From the sequence record NZ_CP011600.1: a DNA stretch of 64,000 bases. One strand, written 5' to 3'. The notes beneath the pieces are model-generated. The model was not told the DNA's origin, made no database searches, and saw only the letters and a program-made list of their open reading frames with translations. The translations under genes and the position numbers were made by a program. This document shows positions 45,784 to 55,452 of the stretch, in pieces (within the stretch, counting starts at the first letter, position 1; every line of letters starts with the position of its first letter). The stretch comes from a plasmid.

Positions 45784-46150
45784 CCGCTGGTTAAGTGGGT
45801 TACTGTTCCGGCTTGCGCCGTGCCGACACGACAGCCCGGCGGTCAGCGGAAGAATGCAAGGGCGACACCGGAAGCCGCACGCGCCGTTGTGAGCGGGCTG
45901 AATGCGCCGCGAACAACGGGGAACGGGTGAGGATGGCGAGCGCCAGCGTCCCTTGCAGGCGCCGCAGCCGGGCTACAGTGAAGGCACGGCGTTAGCCGTC
46001 ACCGCACGGAGGTCAGCATTATCAGTGGTCCGGTCGCAGCCCGCAGGGATACGGCCGGACATCAGGGAGGAGCAGCGCGACACCCTTTTTCCCGTAAGGC
46101 GTCGCCCGCCAGGGTGAAGCCGGGTAACAGCGGAGCCGGCGACAACCTTA
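45784..46150 (+). repeat. family-2 GC-rich structured intergenic repeat (GCCGTGCCGACAC...GGGCTGAATGC...GAACGGGTGAGGATG...GTGAAGGCACGGCG), copy 1
   Basis: Three clear copies (45784-46150, 47590-47880, 48140-48420), each directly upstream of a minus-strand gene. Termini are inverted (GCCGTGCC...GGCACGGC). Confidence 0.6.
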
Positions 46151-46187
46151 TGGGCTGCAAAAAGCCGGGGGAATCCCCCCGGCCTCA

Positions 46188-46604
46188 TCAGGCGGCCATC
46201 AGCGTTTTGATGGTGTCCACATCCTGCATGGCGCGTTTAATACTCACGGGTGTCGGATGCCCTTCTTCCCATGCAAGCCCTTCCTGGTGCACCAGTTCGG
46301 CTTCATGGCGGGCAATCAGGCGTTGCAGGACATCCACCGGGACCGGTACTGTCCGGGTTGCATCTTCCCGGATACGTGCCAGCAGGGTTCTCACCGTCTC
46401 ATGCGAAAATCCGTCTCGCTGGTAGTCCGCCATTGAAAGGCTTCCGGCCTGCAACATGAGTTGTTCTGTTTCCTGGTCTGACGGGTGCATACTGTTGCAG
46501 GCGGCCCGGATACTCTCTTGTGTCCAGATGAACAGCAGCAGGGGCTCTTTCGCTTTGAACATACGGACCAGTTCGTCACAGGCTTCTTTGCGGTTACGGT
46601 ACAT
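46188..46604 (-). CDS. hypothetical leading-region protein, paralog of 44581..44991
   Basis: Start placed at MYRNRKEACDEL (ATG 46602-46604, RBS AGAGGGA). Confidence 0.45.
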   Translation of the reverse strand: MYRNRKEACDELVRMFKAKEPLLLFIWTQESIRAACNSMHPSDQETEQLMLQAGSLSMADYQRDGFSHETVRTLLARIREDATRTVPVPVDVLQRLIARHEAELVHQEGLAWEEGHPTPVSIKRAMQDVDTIKTLMAA

Positions 46605-46659
46605 CGTGATTTCCCTCTTTTTTGTCAGTTGACCGGGCATGTCATGCCCGGCAGTGGTG

Positions 46660-46881
46660 TTAGTCCTGAAAACTCTCGTCCAGCTCCAGCATCTCCCGGT
46701 AGGCCTCCAGAAAACGGGCATTGATCCGTCTCAGGGTCTGAGCGGCCATGCGTCCGGCCAGCGTGGCCGAATCATGCCGGTGCTCTGATTCCAGACGGTT
46801 CAGCATCATCCGGACGTCACACATGGCGTTGCTGAGCGCTGCGACGTCGGCGCGCAATGCTTCCAGTCCCGGGTAATTCAT
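46660..46881 (-). CDS. small hypothetical protein (73 aa), coupled downstream of the methylase
   Basis: RBS GGAGG. Start overlaps the methylase stop. Confidence 0.4.
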   Translation of the reverse strand: MNYPGLEALRADVAALSNAMCDVRMMLNRLESEHRHDSATLAGRMAAQTLRRINARFLEAYREMLELDESFQD

Positions 46882-47570
46882 GCGGCCTCCGGCCAGTCAG
46901 GATGAAAGGCGCCATCGTTGGCCGCCGGCATCCGGCGCGCCCGTTCGACCTGCGCCAGACGGCGGACGCCGGCGGCGTGGTATTCCTCAAGCAGTTCGAT
47001 GCCGATATAACGACGGCTGGCTTCGGCGGCTGCCACGCAGGTCGATCCGGAACCCGCAAACGGGTCGAGGATGATCGCACCCGGGCGTGTGAGGGATTCG
47101 ATGAGCGGGCGAAGGCTCTGCACCGGTTTTTCCGTCGGGTGGTGGCGGTTGCCCGTGTATTTCCAGGGAATGACGTCAGGGATGGGGCAATCCGGTGTCT
47201 GCGGCCGCCCTTTGGCCAGCAGATAGGCACTTTCGTGGGTGTAGCCCACAAACGTGGATTTCGAGGCATACGTTTTGGCAAATACCACGTGCCCGACAAT
47301 CCGGAAGCCGGCCTGTTTCCAGGCGTTAATGAACAGATCGGCACGGTTCCACGCGTAGAAACTGACCATCAGGCTGTCCTGTTTCAGCACGCGGTACATC
47401 TGCTGGCAGGCAGGCTCCAGCCATTCCGGCGTGTTATCGCCGGCGAGCGTGCGGCCTGAACGGTCGCGGTAGCCGACGAGATACGGCGGATCGGTCAGAA
47501 TAAAATCGACGGCACGGGACGGAAAACGGGACATGACCTGCACACAGTCACCCAGGATAAAACGGGACAT
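46878..47570 (-). CDS. orphan DNA N6-adenine/N4-cytosine methyltransferase (DPPY motif)
   Basis: Start at MSRFILGDC (ATG 47568-47570, RBS GGAGAG). Motif IV ILTDPPY, motif I region DPFAGSGSTCVAA. No adjacent endonuclease. Confidence 0.75.
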   Translation of the reverse strand: MSRFILGDCVQVMSRFPSRAVDFILTDPPYLVGYRDRSGRTLAGDNTPEWLEPACQQMYRVLKQDSLMVSFYAWNRADLFINAWKQAGFRIVGHVVFAKTYASKSTFVGYTHESAYLLAKGRPQTPDCPIPDVIPWKYTGNRHHPTEKPVQSLRPLIESLTRPGAIILDPFAGSGSTCVAAAEASRRYIGIELLEEYHAAGVRRLAQVERARRMPAANDGAFHPDWPEAA

Positions 47571-47589
47571 AGCACTCTCCTCTCTCATA

Positions 47590-47880
47590 TGCGGCACCCT
47601 CTTGCGCCGTGCCGACACAAAAGCCCGGCTTTAAGCGGCAGGCGAAAAGGGCGTCACCGCAAGCCGCACGCGCCGCTGTGAGCGGGCTGAATGCACCGTG
47701 AACAGCGGGGAACGGGTGAGGATGACGGCGTCAGCGCACCCTTAGAGACGACGCGGCCGGGCTAGCGTGAAGGCACGGCGTGCAAACACACCGGCGCCCG
47801 TCACAACGGGGGACGGTTCTGTCGCGGAGCGCAGCGACCTCCTTTCGCAAAAGAGGCCGCCCGAAGGCGACCGGCAGGCT
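47590..47880 (+). repeat. family-2 structured intergenic repeat, copy 2
   Basis: See 45784..46150. Confidence 0.6.
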
Positions 47881-47882
47881 TA

Positions 47883-48116
47883 CTACTCCCGCATCCTTTC
47901 GATGGCCATCTCCAGTGTGTACCAGTTGAACCCCACCTCTGCATCATGCTGGTCGTCGGCGATTTCCATCGCCGCCTCAATGTCTTCATCTGTCAGCGAG
48001 GGATCGAGAGAAAGAAAATCCTCCGCCAGCCAGAACGTCCCCAGACAGAGGGCATCTTCCGGGTATCTCTGCAACCGCGCGATAAGGCCGGCAATGGTCA
48101 TTGGGGATCTGTGCAT
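47883..48116 (-). CDS. small acidic hypothetical protein (77 aa)
   Basis: Start at MHRSPMTIAGL (ATG 48114-48116). Confidence 0.35.
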   Translation of the reverse strand: MHRSPMTIAGLIARLQRYPEDALCLGTFWLAEDFLSLDPSLTDEDIEAAMEIADDQHDAEVGFNWYTLEMAIERMRE

Positions 48117-48139
48117 GTTTGTCTCCGGTATAGTGCGGC

Positions 48140-48420
48140 CAGACAGGATTGCCTGCGCCGTGCCGGCACACAAGCCCGGTGAAAAGCCGAAGTCGGAGGG
48201 GCGACACCGCAAGCCGCAGCGCAAAACCTTTACGGGCTGAATGCGCCGTAAAGGGTGCGAACGGGTGAGGATGGCGAGCGGCAGCGGTACCCGGATGACG
48301 ATGCGGCCGGGCTACCGTGAAGGCACGGTGCAGGTGGAAGCATATCCGGCTCCGGCTGGCGAATTTCGTCAGTCCGGAAAAAAGCGGGCCAGGCCCGCTT
48401 CGGATATCAGCAAAGCCGGG
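48140..48420 (+). repeat. family-2 structured intergenic repeat, copy 3
   Basis: See 45784..46150. Confidence 0.55.
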
Positions 48421-49228
48421 ACATAAATGCCCGCATGGCCTGGATGCGCTCATGCGACCGTATCCGTTCCTGCCAGTCATTGAAGAACCAGACTGGAGTA
48501 TGACGCGTCAGGTTCATCTGCAGTGTCAGGGTATTGCCGGTGTTCACCGTGGCCGGAATGCCCAGCAGGCTGAGTTGCACAAACGTCATGTCTGCCGCCA
48601 GTGGATCGATATCAATGGTGGTGACCAGAAGCTGTGTCGCGGGATTCAGCCCGGCCTGCAGCATAATCTCCGCAAATGCAATGACCATGCCCCCTGCCCC
48701 GCTTGTTGGCTCCTGCAGACTGATAAAGGGGCAGGATTTCAGCTGCGCCAGTAAGTCACCGGCGGCCAGCTGCGCCAGCAAAGATGAAACGGAATGCGGC
48801 GTGAAGTATTGCCCCATCTCATCGGCTCCCAGCTCAAGCTCCATGTAAACCGAACCCAGAAAATCCTGGTGCGCTTCTGAGAGCGCAGCGACCATGAGCG
48901 AAAACAGCGTATGCATCCGGTCGATATCCGACGCTTTATAGCGGGCGATAATCTGGCTGCAGCGCGCCCTGCTTTCCGGCGTGTGAATGCGGACCAGATC
49001 CAGTTCGCTGGCCGCCAGGGTGACAAAATCACGAAAGACCTCACTGCGCCGCAGATACGTCGCTGTCTGGCAGAATTCATCAATGAAGGCCTGCCGCGTT
49101 TGCCCCCGGACTTTGCGTGCAGGAACGCTAACAACTGCGGGCAGTGCCCGGGCAGCTGTCAGGTCTGAAACGGGTACTGATGGCGTGATGGCCATATCCG
49201 GTGCATCAAACATAGAGAGCTGAGACAT
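48407..49228 (-). CDS. HsdM-like N6-methyltransferase-domain protein, possibly degenerate
   Basis: GQYFTPHSVSSLLAQL...EPTSGAGGMVI matches HsdM motifs X and I. No convincing NPPF/Y motif IV was seen. Confidence 0.45.
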   Translation of the reverse strand: MSQLSMFDAPDMAITPSVPVSDLTAARALPAVVSVPARKVRGQTRQAFIDEFCQTATYLRRSEVFRDFVTLAASELDLVRIHTPESRARCSQIIARYKASDIDRMHTLFSLMVAALSEAHQDFLGSVYMELELGADEMGQYFTPHSVSSLLAQLAAGDLLAQLKSCPFISLQEPTSGAGGMVIAFAEIMLQAGLNPATQLLVTTIDIDPLAADMTFVQLSLLGIPATVNTGNTLTLQMNLTRHTPVWFFNDWQERIRSHERIQAMRAFMSRLC

Positions 49229-49500
49229 TACGCCCCCTCCCCTGGCAGCGTGATAAAAAGACCGTCCATGGGTGCAGCTGCAGCAACAGGATAGCCTGAG
49301 ACAATCCAGACCTGCAGATAATCCGGTCCCGCATCCCAGAAGGCCACAAGTTCTTCGCTGTCTGCCGGTGGGGTGAAATTATCCGGGAACTGCAGACCGG
49401 GCACAGTCATGATCCAGTCAAACAGGTCCAGGACCTGGTCTGTTGAAAGTGATGATTCTTTAGATTCTTTTGCTGCGGTGTTGACGTTTTTCTGTGACAT
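49228..49500 (-). CDS. hypothetical leading-region protein, paralog of 21210..21512
   Basis: Start MSQKNVNTAAKESKES (ATG 49498-49500, RBS GGAGGA). Start/stop overlap with the upstream gene. Confidence 0.5.
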   Translation of the reverse strand: MSQKNVNTAAKESKESSLSTDQVLDLFDWIMTVPGLQFPDNFTPPADSEELVAFWDAGPDYLQVWIVSGYPVAAAAPMDGLFITLPGEGA

Positions 49501-49820
49501 GTTGGATTTCCTCCGGGTTAAGTTGATGTTTCTCTGAGTTCCTTCGCCGCAGAAACAGGCAACCCACACGGAGACAAGGAGGATGCAGGGAGAACGACAA
49601 AGCCGCAGCCCGGAGCCTGCGAAGGGACCGGGTGCCGTCGTTCAGCTCTGCGGTCCTTGCAGCCGACGGCCGTGTGGGACAGTCCTGTGCGGTGAAGAAC
49701 GGGAGAGACATCAGTTCGGGGACAGAACAGGTCACAGTTCCGGAACGCAACGCGTGACGGGCTAAAGCGTGCCGGTACGGCACAGTGAAAGCGACATGGC
49801 CAGAGGCCATTGTCAGCGCA
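49501..49820 (+). promoter_or_regulatory. GC-rich structured element upstream of 49228..49500 (third, more diverged Frpo-like element)
   Basis: Hairpin-rich, for example GCAGCCCGGAGCCTGCGAAGGGACCGGGTGC and GCGTGCCGGTACGGCAC. Same position relative to its gene as the other elements. Confidence 0.35.
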
Positions 49821-49821
49821 T

Positions 49822-49845
49822 AAAAAAACCCGCGGAAGCGGGTTT
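49822..49845 (-). terminator. rho-independent terminator AAACCCGCTTCCGCGGGTTTTTTT (minus strand) ending the stb operon
   Basis: Perfect GC stem then a 7-T run on the minus strand. Confidence 0.65.
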
Positions 49846-49871
49846 ATGTGTCGCAATATGAGAAGGGTTGG

Positions 49872-50120
49872 TTACTTTTTCTTTTCTTCCACAGTCAGTA
49901 TCACCCCGCCGCAGATCAGCAGGGCATACACCAGTTGCAGTATGATTTTCACGGCAACCGACACATCATCAAACATTACAAGCGGGACGATCGCCAGAGT
50001 GCTGGCAAGAAGCATATTCTGCCCCACCGACTTCATGCGGGTCCGCAGCTGCTGTTCTGGCACACCGGCCTTAAGGAACATGGTTGCAGTAACGCTTTTA
50101 ACCCGGGAGGTGAATGTCAT
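49872..50120 (-). CDS. small membrane protein (82 aa)
   Basis: Two TM segments. Coupled after the ParR-like gene. Confidence 0.35.
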   Translation of the reverse strand: MTFTSRVKSVTATMFLKAGVPEQQLRTRMKSVGQNMLLASTLAIVPLVMFDDVSVAVKIILQLVYALLICGGVILTVEEKKK

Positions 50121-50537
50121 TTACATCCCCTTTTTAGACTGGCCAAACATCGCCCTGGCATTGTCGCGGGTCTCGTCATCAGACGGAGCCGGTAACCTGT
50201 CTTTTGAGTCGCGATCCTGAACCACTGTCGCTGCTGGCTTACGGTTAACCAGCCCCTTCATCTCTTCGGGAAATACAGCCTGCATCACCATCACCATTTC
50301 TTCGAAAGTGGTGTTTTCGTTCAGCAGCTCGGCCAGCATATTTGCCAGCCGGGGATCCTGTTTACGCAGCGCAAAACCAGCCAGCATCGTGGCACGCCAG
50401 ACACGGCCCCTTTCTCCCTGAGAGATTCTGTCTATTTCATCACAGACATAGCGCTCTGCCTCACTGCTCTCCGGGTTCAGGTAAAACATAATCTTGCGAC
50501 GGGTATCCGGTTTGTCCATGTTCTCAGCCAATTTCAT
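50121..50537 (-). CDS. parR: ParR/StbB-like centromere-binding partition protein
   Basis: Immediately downstream of parM. About 138 aa. Position and size as R1 ParR/StbB. Confidence 0.55.
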   Translation of the reverse strand: MKLAENMDKPDTRRKIMFYLNPESSEAERYVCDEIDRISQGERGRVWRATMLAGFALRKQDPRLANMLAELLNENTTFEEMVMVMQAVFPEEMKGLVNRKPAATVVQDRDSKDRLPAPSDDETRDNARAMFGQSKKGM

Positions 50538-51480
50538 GCATGCCATTCACCAGGTCATATTGCGGACTCTCGCTGATGAAAAACCTGTCTTCACGTAGCC
50601 CACAATGTTTTTTGACCGCACCGGCGATGAGTTCAGCACCGCCACCAATAACCATAACATGAGAATACCCGTTAAAGCTGCTGATCGGCTCAAGAACACG
50701 TGTGATCAGGCGCTGATGTGAATCATGGAGTGCCGCCTTCACAAGCTCAAGACGGGAGAGATCATTAATACGCTTACTCAGGAATTCCTCATCATGGCGG
50801 TGGATAATGATTTCATCCGCAAGAAGGCTGCTGCTGCGGGTACGGGCCATACTCAGTGCAGCGCGCACGTCCTGGGTCATCAGCGAGACGCCCAGTTCCG
50901 GGTTGCCATAAATACGTGAAATACCGCGCATACGCGCCCTGACATGAGAGATATCGAGCGTGGTCCCGCCCAGGTCAATAATCAGCATTGAATCCAGATC
51001 ATCCAGGTCCTTCACCACGCTGTAGCCTGCCGGGATTGACTCAGGCATTACGTCGACGTTGCGGATAACAAAGGTTTTCCCGCCATTCAGCGTCACCGGC
51101 CGCATCAGGCTCTCCTGCTTGCGCCGGATATTTTCTTCGCAGGGCTGGTTGTCACGGTTGTAAAACTCGGCGAGCGGCAGCGTGACAACAATATCCACTT
51201 CCTGTGGTTCAATTCCCGTTTTCAGGAGGGCGTGGTGAACGGCCACCACATTCACGTCACTGTACTGCCAGGCCACATTGGTGGTCACCAGAGCGTCCGC
51301 GCTGATGGGATCGAAGGAATACTGCTCACCGTTAAAGGCGTAGTTAAACACCGGCTCTGAACCGAAGGTCACCGCCCACTCACGCTTAAAGCTGTTGGGG
51401 CTGATAAGCCGTTTGACTTCGTTGCCGTCCGTCCACTGCATTTTGATATTGGTGGAACCATCATCGATAAAGAACTTCAT
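50524..51480 (-). CDS. parM: ParM/StbA actin-like plasmid segregation ATPase
   Basis: 318 aa, highly similar to R1 ParM throughout ([16 protein letters not shown]...[13 protein letters not shown]...[11 protein letters not shown]...DERFF). Confidence 0.9.
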   Translation of the reverse strand: MKFFIDDGSTNIKMQWTDGNEVKRLISPNSFKREWAVTFGSEPVFNYAFNGEQYSFDPISADALVTTNVAWQYSDVNVVAVHHALLKTGIEPQEVDIVVTLPLAEFYNRDNQPCEENIRRKQESLMRPVTLNGGKTFVIRNVDVMPESIPAGYSVVKDLDDLDSMLIIDLGGTTLDISHVRARMRGISRIYGNPELGVSLMTQDVRAALSMARTRSSSLLADEIIIHRHDEEFLSKRINDLSRLELVKAALHDSHQRLITRVLEPISSFNGYSHVMVIGGGAELIAGAVKKHCGLREDRFFISESPQYDLVNGMHEIG

Positions 51481-51529
51481 GCTGTGACTCCTGAGATTTT
51501 TTGGTATATGTAATAGTCATAAAAAGGTA

Positions 51530-51625
51530 ATTATATGAGATAAATAAGAGAACTATTTATACAGTACACCCTAAAAGGGACGTTATCAATACAAAAAAGA
51601 GATAAATTAGAGAACTATTAGTAAT
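51530..51625. repeat. parC-like centromere: two 23-bp direct repeats GAGATAAAT(A/T)AGAGAACTATT(T/A) upstream of parM
   Basis: Copies at about 51537 and 51599 in an AT-rich leader. Confidence 0.4.
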
Positions 51626-51892
51626 TAATTGGAGACTTCACAGAGAAAATTTGTGTAAGGCAATACTGATTTGTAGAGCTTGAGAACAGTGCATCGGCAA
51701 CGACAATGTCGCCGTGATGTGCCGGCACGCTGGATAAAAGAGGGCTGGAGAGCTGAGGGAATTTTCTATATGCACCGCAGAGAGAATTACCCCGGCCAGT
51801 TTGATCGTTTTCATCGCTTGAAATCGCGTGTTGCACCAGTAGTAGCGTTGGCTCTGGCCTGCTAAATAGAGCTTTCAACCGGAGGAAAATAC

Positions 51893-52150
51893 ATGAGACT
51901 TGAAGCTTTTCAGATAAACAATATAGTCAGGGATGATCTGGGTATTTTTACAGACGGGGTGATTATTCGCGACAACCATGTGTTAATTACGCTGAATCTC
52001 CCAGATGGCCAGAAAACCGCTATTGAGGGTGAATGGCGGCATATATCGGACGCCGATAGACTGTTAGATCGTATTGAAATGCTGCAATATGCGATTTATG
52101 AGCAGTATCAGGAATATAGAGCAATTATTCCTGCCAGATGGGCCAGATAA
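51893..52150 (+). CDS. hypothetical protein (85 aa)
   Basis: RBS GGAGG 8 nt before the ATG. Confidence 0.4.
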   Translation: MRLEAFQINNIVRDDLGIFTDGVIIRDNHVLITLNLPDGQKTAIEGEWRHISDADRLLDRIEMLQYAIYEQYQEYRAIIPARWAR

Positions 52151-52528
52151 AATCACCGGCGAGCAGGACGTTCGCCAGTGGCCTTTTTTAATCCCTCTCA
52201 TTTATCCCCGCTTCCCGTGGTCAGCCCGCTGATGCAGTACACCATTCATTACCCACATGGTTATCCCCCGTTTCTGTGGATAATCAACCTCTAGCAATGC
52301 GGACTGACTACCGGAACAACGCATCCTGTGTCATCCCCAAAAGCCGTACAGTCCTCCCCTGACCCGCTGCCCCCCCTAAAAATTCTTTCACACCTGGACA
52401 GTCCGGCACTATCGGAAAAAATGACCAGACAAAGAGCCCCTGAGACTCTATTTATTTTTGATGAAAATACAGCCAATTAAACTCCGGACGCACGATTGAT
52501 CTTGAAACCTCAGTAAAACAAGAAATAA

Positions 52529-52548
52529 TACTGTATATAAATACAGTA
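52529..52548. promoter_or_regulatory. LexA (SOS) box TACTGTATATAAATACAGTA
   Basis: Perfect CTGT-N8-ACAG palindrome 16 bp upstream of the umuD-like ATG. RBS AAGGAGG. Confidence 0.8.
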
Positions 52549-52563
52549 TAAAAAGGAGGTTTT

Positions 52564-52992
52564 ATGTTTCATTTTACTCGCCCGGCTATCAACCCGGAGC
52601 CATTCACAGCCCCTTTGTTTACGGAACGGTGCCAGGCCGGGTTCCCCAGTCCAGCCCAGGACTATGTTGAAGCAGAACTGGACCTGAATGAGTTTTGTAT
52701 CCAGCGACGCAGTTCAACCTATTTTGTCCACGCAATAGGTAACTCCATGACCGATATAGGATTACACTCGGGGGATTTACTCATTGTCGATAAGGCTGAA
52801 CGGGCACGTCACGGCGACATTGTCATTGCCGAGGTGGATGGAGAATTTACAGTAAAACGTCTGCTTTTAACTCCCCGCCCTGGCCTGCAGCCCATGAATC
52901 CTTCTTACCCTACTCTCTGGCCAGACCCGGAACACCTTCAGATATTCGGTGTGGTGATGGCATTCGTGCACAAAACCCGGGGACATGACTGA
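52564..52992 (+). CDS. umuD: UmuD/MucA-like LexA-family (S24) self-cleaving accessory protein
   Basis: 142 aa. Cleavage site and catalytic GNSM...K motifs. Overlaps the umuC start. Confidence 0.85.
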   Translation: MFHFTRPAINPEPFTAPLFTERCQAGFPSPAQDYVEAELDLNEFCIQRRSSTYFVHAIGNSMTDIGLHSGDLLIVDKAERARHGDIVIAEVDGEFTVKRLLLTPRPGLQPMNPSYPTLWPDPEHLQIFGVVMAFVHKTRGHD

Positions 52993-54266
52993 TGTTCGCC
53001 CTTGCTGACGTCAATTCATTCTATGCAAGCTGTGAAAAGGTATTCCGGCCCGATCTTCGCACTGTTCCGGTAGTGGTTCTCAGCAATAACGATGGTTGTG
53101 TAATTGCAAGGTCGAAGGAAGCCAAGCAGTTAGGTATAAAAATGGGGATTCCCTGGTTCCAGCTGAAGAATATGCAATTTAGTGAAAAAGTGTACGCGTT
53201 TTCAAGCAATTATGAGCTCTACGCGAGCATGAGCAATCGTGTTATGAGCCATCTGGAAGAACTGGCTGTCCGGGTGGAAGCCTACAGTATTGATGAAATG
53301 TTCCTGGATATTCGCGGCATCGATGCCTGTATGAGCTTCGAGGATTTCGGCCGTCAGCTGCGCGAACATGTCAGGAACGGTACCGGCCTGACCATTGGTG
53401 TCGGTATGGGGCCTACCAAAACGCTGGCGAAGAGCGCTCAGTGGGCCTCAAAGGAGTGGACGCAGTTCGGGGGCGTTCTGGCCCTGACTCCCGGAAACCC
53501 TAAGCGAACGGAAAAAGTACTCTCTCTGCAGCCGGTCGAAGAAGTCTGGGGAGTCGGGAACAGAATTGCCAAAAAGCTCAGCATCATGGGCATTAAATCT
53601 GCACTACAGCTCGCACGCTCCAATACAGCTTTTATCCGGAAAAATTTCAGCGTCGTCCTCGAGCGCACTGTTCGGGAACTTAACGGAGAGAGCTGTATCG
53701 CGCTTGAAGAAGCACCACCGGCTAAACAACAGATTGTCTGTAGCCGGTCCTTCGGTGAAAGGATCGTTACGCTTGAGGGCATGAGGCAGGCAATATGTCA
53801 GTACGCTGAGCGTGCAGCAGAAAAATTACGCGGAGAACGTCAATTCTGCAGTCACATCTCAGTCTTTGTTAAATCATCCCCGTTCGCCGTAAACGAGCCG
53901 TATTACAGCAACGTAGCCTGCGAAAAACTACTTACCCCTACTCAGGATACCCGTGACATCATTGCCGCATCCCAGAGAGCGCTGGAGCGTATCTGGCGTG
54001 ACGGCGTGCGGTTTGCCAAAGCAGGTATCATGTTGAATGATTTCACTTCGTCAGGGGTAGCTCAACTGAATCTGTTCGATGAACAATCGCCCCGGCCACA
54101 CAGTCAGGAGCTAATGGCTGTTCTGGACAGTATCAACCAGTCGCGACTCGGACAACTGTGGTTTGCCGGCAGAGGTACTGCTCCTGAATGGCAAATGAAA
54201 CGAGGAATGCTTTCGCCAGCTTATACCACGCGCTGGAAGGAAATTCCGAAAGCCAGGATCGGTTAA
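52992..54266 (+). CDS. umuC: UmuC/MucB-like Y-family DNA polymerase V catalytic subunit
   Basis: 424 aa. N-terminal [15 protein letters not shown], which is the characteristic Y-family start. Confidence 0.9.
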   Translation: MFALADVNSFYASCEKVFRPDLRTVPVVVLSNNDGCVIARSKEAKQLGIKMGIPWFQLKNMQFSEKVYAFSSNYELYASMSNRVMSHLEELAVRVEAYSIDEMFLDIRGIDACMSFEDFGRQLREHVRNGTGLTIGVGMGPTKTLAKSAQWASKEWTQFGGVLALTPGNPKRTEKVLSLQPVEEVWGVGNRIAKKLSIMGIKSALQLARSNTAFIRKNFSVVLERTVRELNGESCIALEEAPPAKQQIVCSRSFGERIVTLEGMRQAICQYAERAAEKLRGERQFCSHISVFVKSSPFAVNEPYYSNVACEKLLTPTQDTRDIIAASQRALERIWRDGVRFAKAGIMLNDFTSSGVAQLNLFDEQSPRPHSQELMAVLDSINQSRLGQLWFAGRGTAPEWQMKRGMLSPAYTTRWKEIPKARIG

Positions 54267-54407
54267 GCCCTGAGAATGCAGGCAGTGCTCGCCGCAGCCG
54301 AGTGACCGGGCAAAGCACGCGAGTGAGCGAGGAAGCACCAGGGCGCTGAGCTATATTTTACCTCTTACGCTCTGAGTACAGTTGAAAGCAAAGCTATAGG
54401 TTTAAAA

Positions 54408-54483
54408 TCATGGCGATTTCACTATGAAATTCTATCGGAAAACGATAGTAAAACATGATGTTACAGTTGAAATCGCCATGGCG
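54408..54483. repeat. parS: P1/P7-type parS centromere (heptamer ATTTCAC/TGAAAT and hexamer TCGCCA boxes in an inverted arrangement)
   Basis: CATGGCGATTTCACTATGAAAT...GTTGAAATCGCCATGGCGA, immediately downstream of parB. Confidence 0.55.
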
Positions 54484-54486
54484 AAT

Positions 54487-55452
54487 TTAACTTGAAAAAT
54501 GCTTTTTAAGGATTGATTCGATCGCATTATCTATATCGTTTTGAACCTCTTTAGACATACGGTTGAATTCATAGGTAAGGTTGCGACCTTTGATTTTCTT
54601 GCGCGCGAATTTATCCTTTTCATCAAAATCCCAAAGAGGTGTAACTACTGCTTTATCTTTCAAAGGTGGCGAAACTAAAGATAGAGAAGTTTTAGATATC
54701 AACTTGAGCACTGCGTTTTTTTGTTCATCCTCAGCAAAACTGTCATCAGCGATAATGCTGTCCAGCTGGCTGGCTATATTCTCTACCAACACTTGGTAAG
54801 AGATTTGTTTTTGGCTTAATGACAGATCAATATCAAGTAGCGCTTTATAGTCACTAAATGATAGCTCTGATTGGATTGGAAAAAGCGAAATCAACTCTTG
54901 TGGTACCGCCGCCGCCTGCATCGCTCTTGTTACTTTAGCTTGAGAGAGTCCTTCCTGTTCAGCGATCTGTTTCTGACTCAAACCTGTTTCTTTCATAGCC
55001 AAAAGTCTGAGACCTATTTCACGAAGGTTATGTTCTTTGGCAGTCTGAATATCTTTGGCAAGTTGTCTTGCTTCTTCGTACGTTAACGACTCCGTTGTCG
55101 TCATCACATCGAGTGGAGCATGCACAAATATCGCAGCAGCCCGCCTGCGAGAACCATCGAGTATTTCAATTTTTTCTCGTTCTGTTACCCCTATACATGG
55201 GAAGAACTGCTGTAACTTGATGGTCTTGATAATATCTTTAAGAGATTCTTTTGTAAGAGCAGCCTGATCTCTTCCATTTGTTTCTTGTTTAACAAATGTT
55301 TGAGTAGAAACATCCGAAGCTGGAACTGTCATAAAACTAAATTTTACTTTACGCCCGGTTTTGAGTGTAAATATTTGCGTTCTTCCTTCTGCTGCCGTTG
55401 GCTCAACTGACAGCTGGGTATTTAATTGCCTTCCTATAGTTTTTCTCGACAT
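54487..55452 (-). CDS. parB: ParB (type Ia partition, centromere-binding)
   Basis: 321 aa. ParB-box region (...GSRRRAAAIFVHAPL...). HTH. Downstream of parA. Confidence 0.8.
   Translation of the reverse strand: MSRKTIGRQLNTQLSVEPTAAEGRTQIFTLKTGRKVKFSFMTVPASDVSTQTFVKQETNGRDQAALTKESLKDIIKTIKLQQFFPCIGVTEREKIEILDGSRRRAAAIFVHAPLDVMTTTESLTYEEARQLAKDIQTAKEHNLREIGLRLLAMKETGLSQKQIAEQEGLSQAKVTRAMQAAAVPQELISLFPIQSELSFSDYKALLDIDLSLSQKQISYQVLVENIASQLDSIIADDSFAEDEQKNAVLKLISKTSLSLVSPPLKDKAVVTPLWDFDEKDKFARKKIKGRNLTYEFNRMSKEVQNDIDNAIESILKKHFSS

Noticed and set aside
21513-49820. Possibility that the GC-rich repeated elements form a CRISPR array
   Set aside because: Repeat units are hundreds of bp, not 28-37 bp. 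There is no regular repeat-spacer periodicity and no cas genes.
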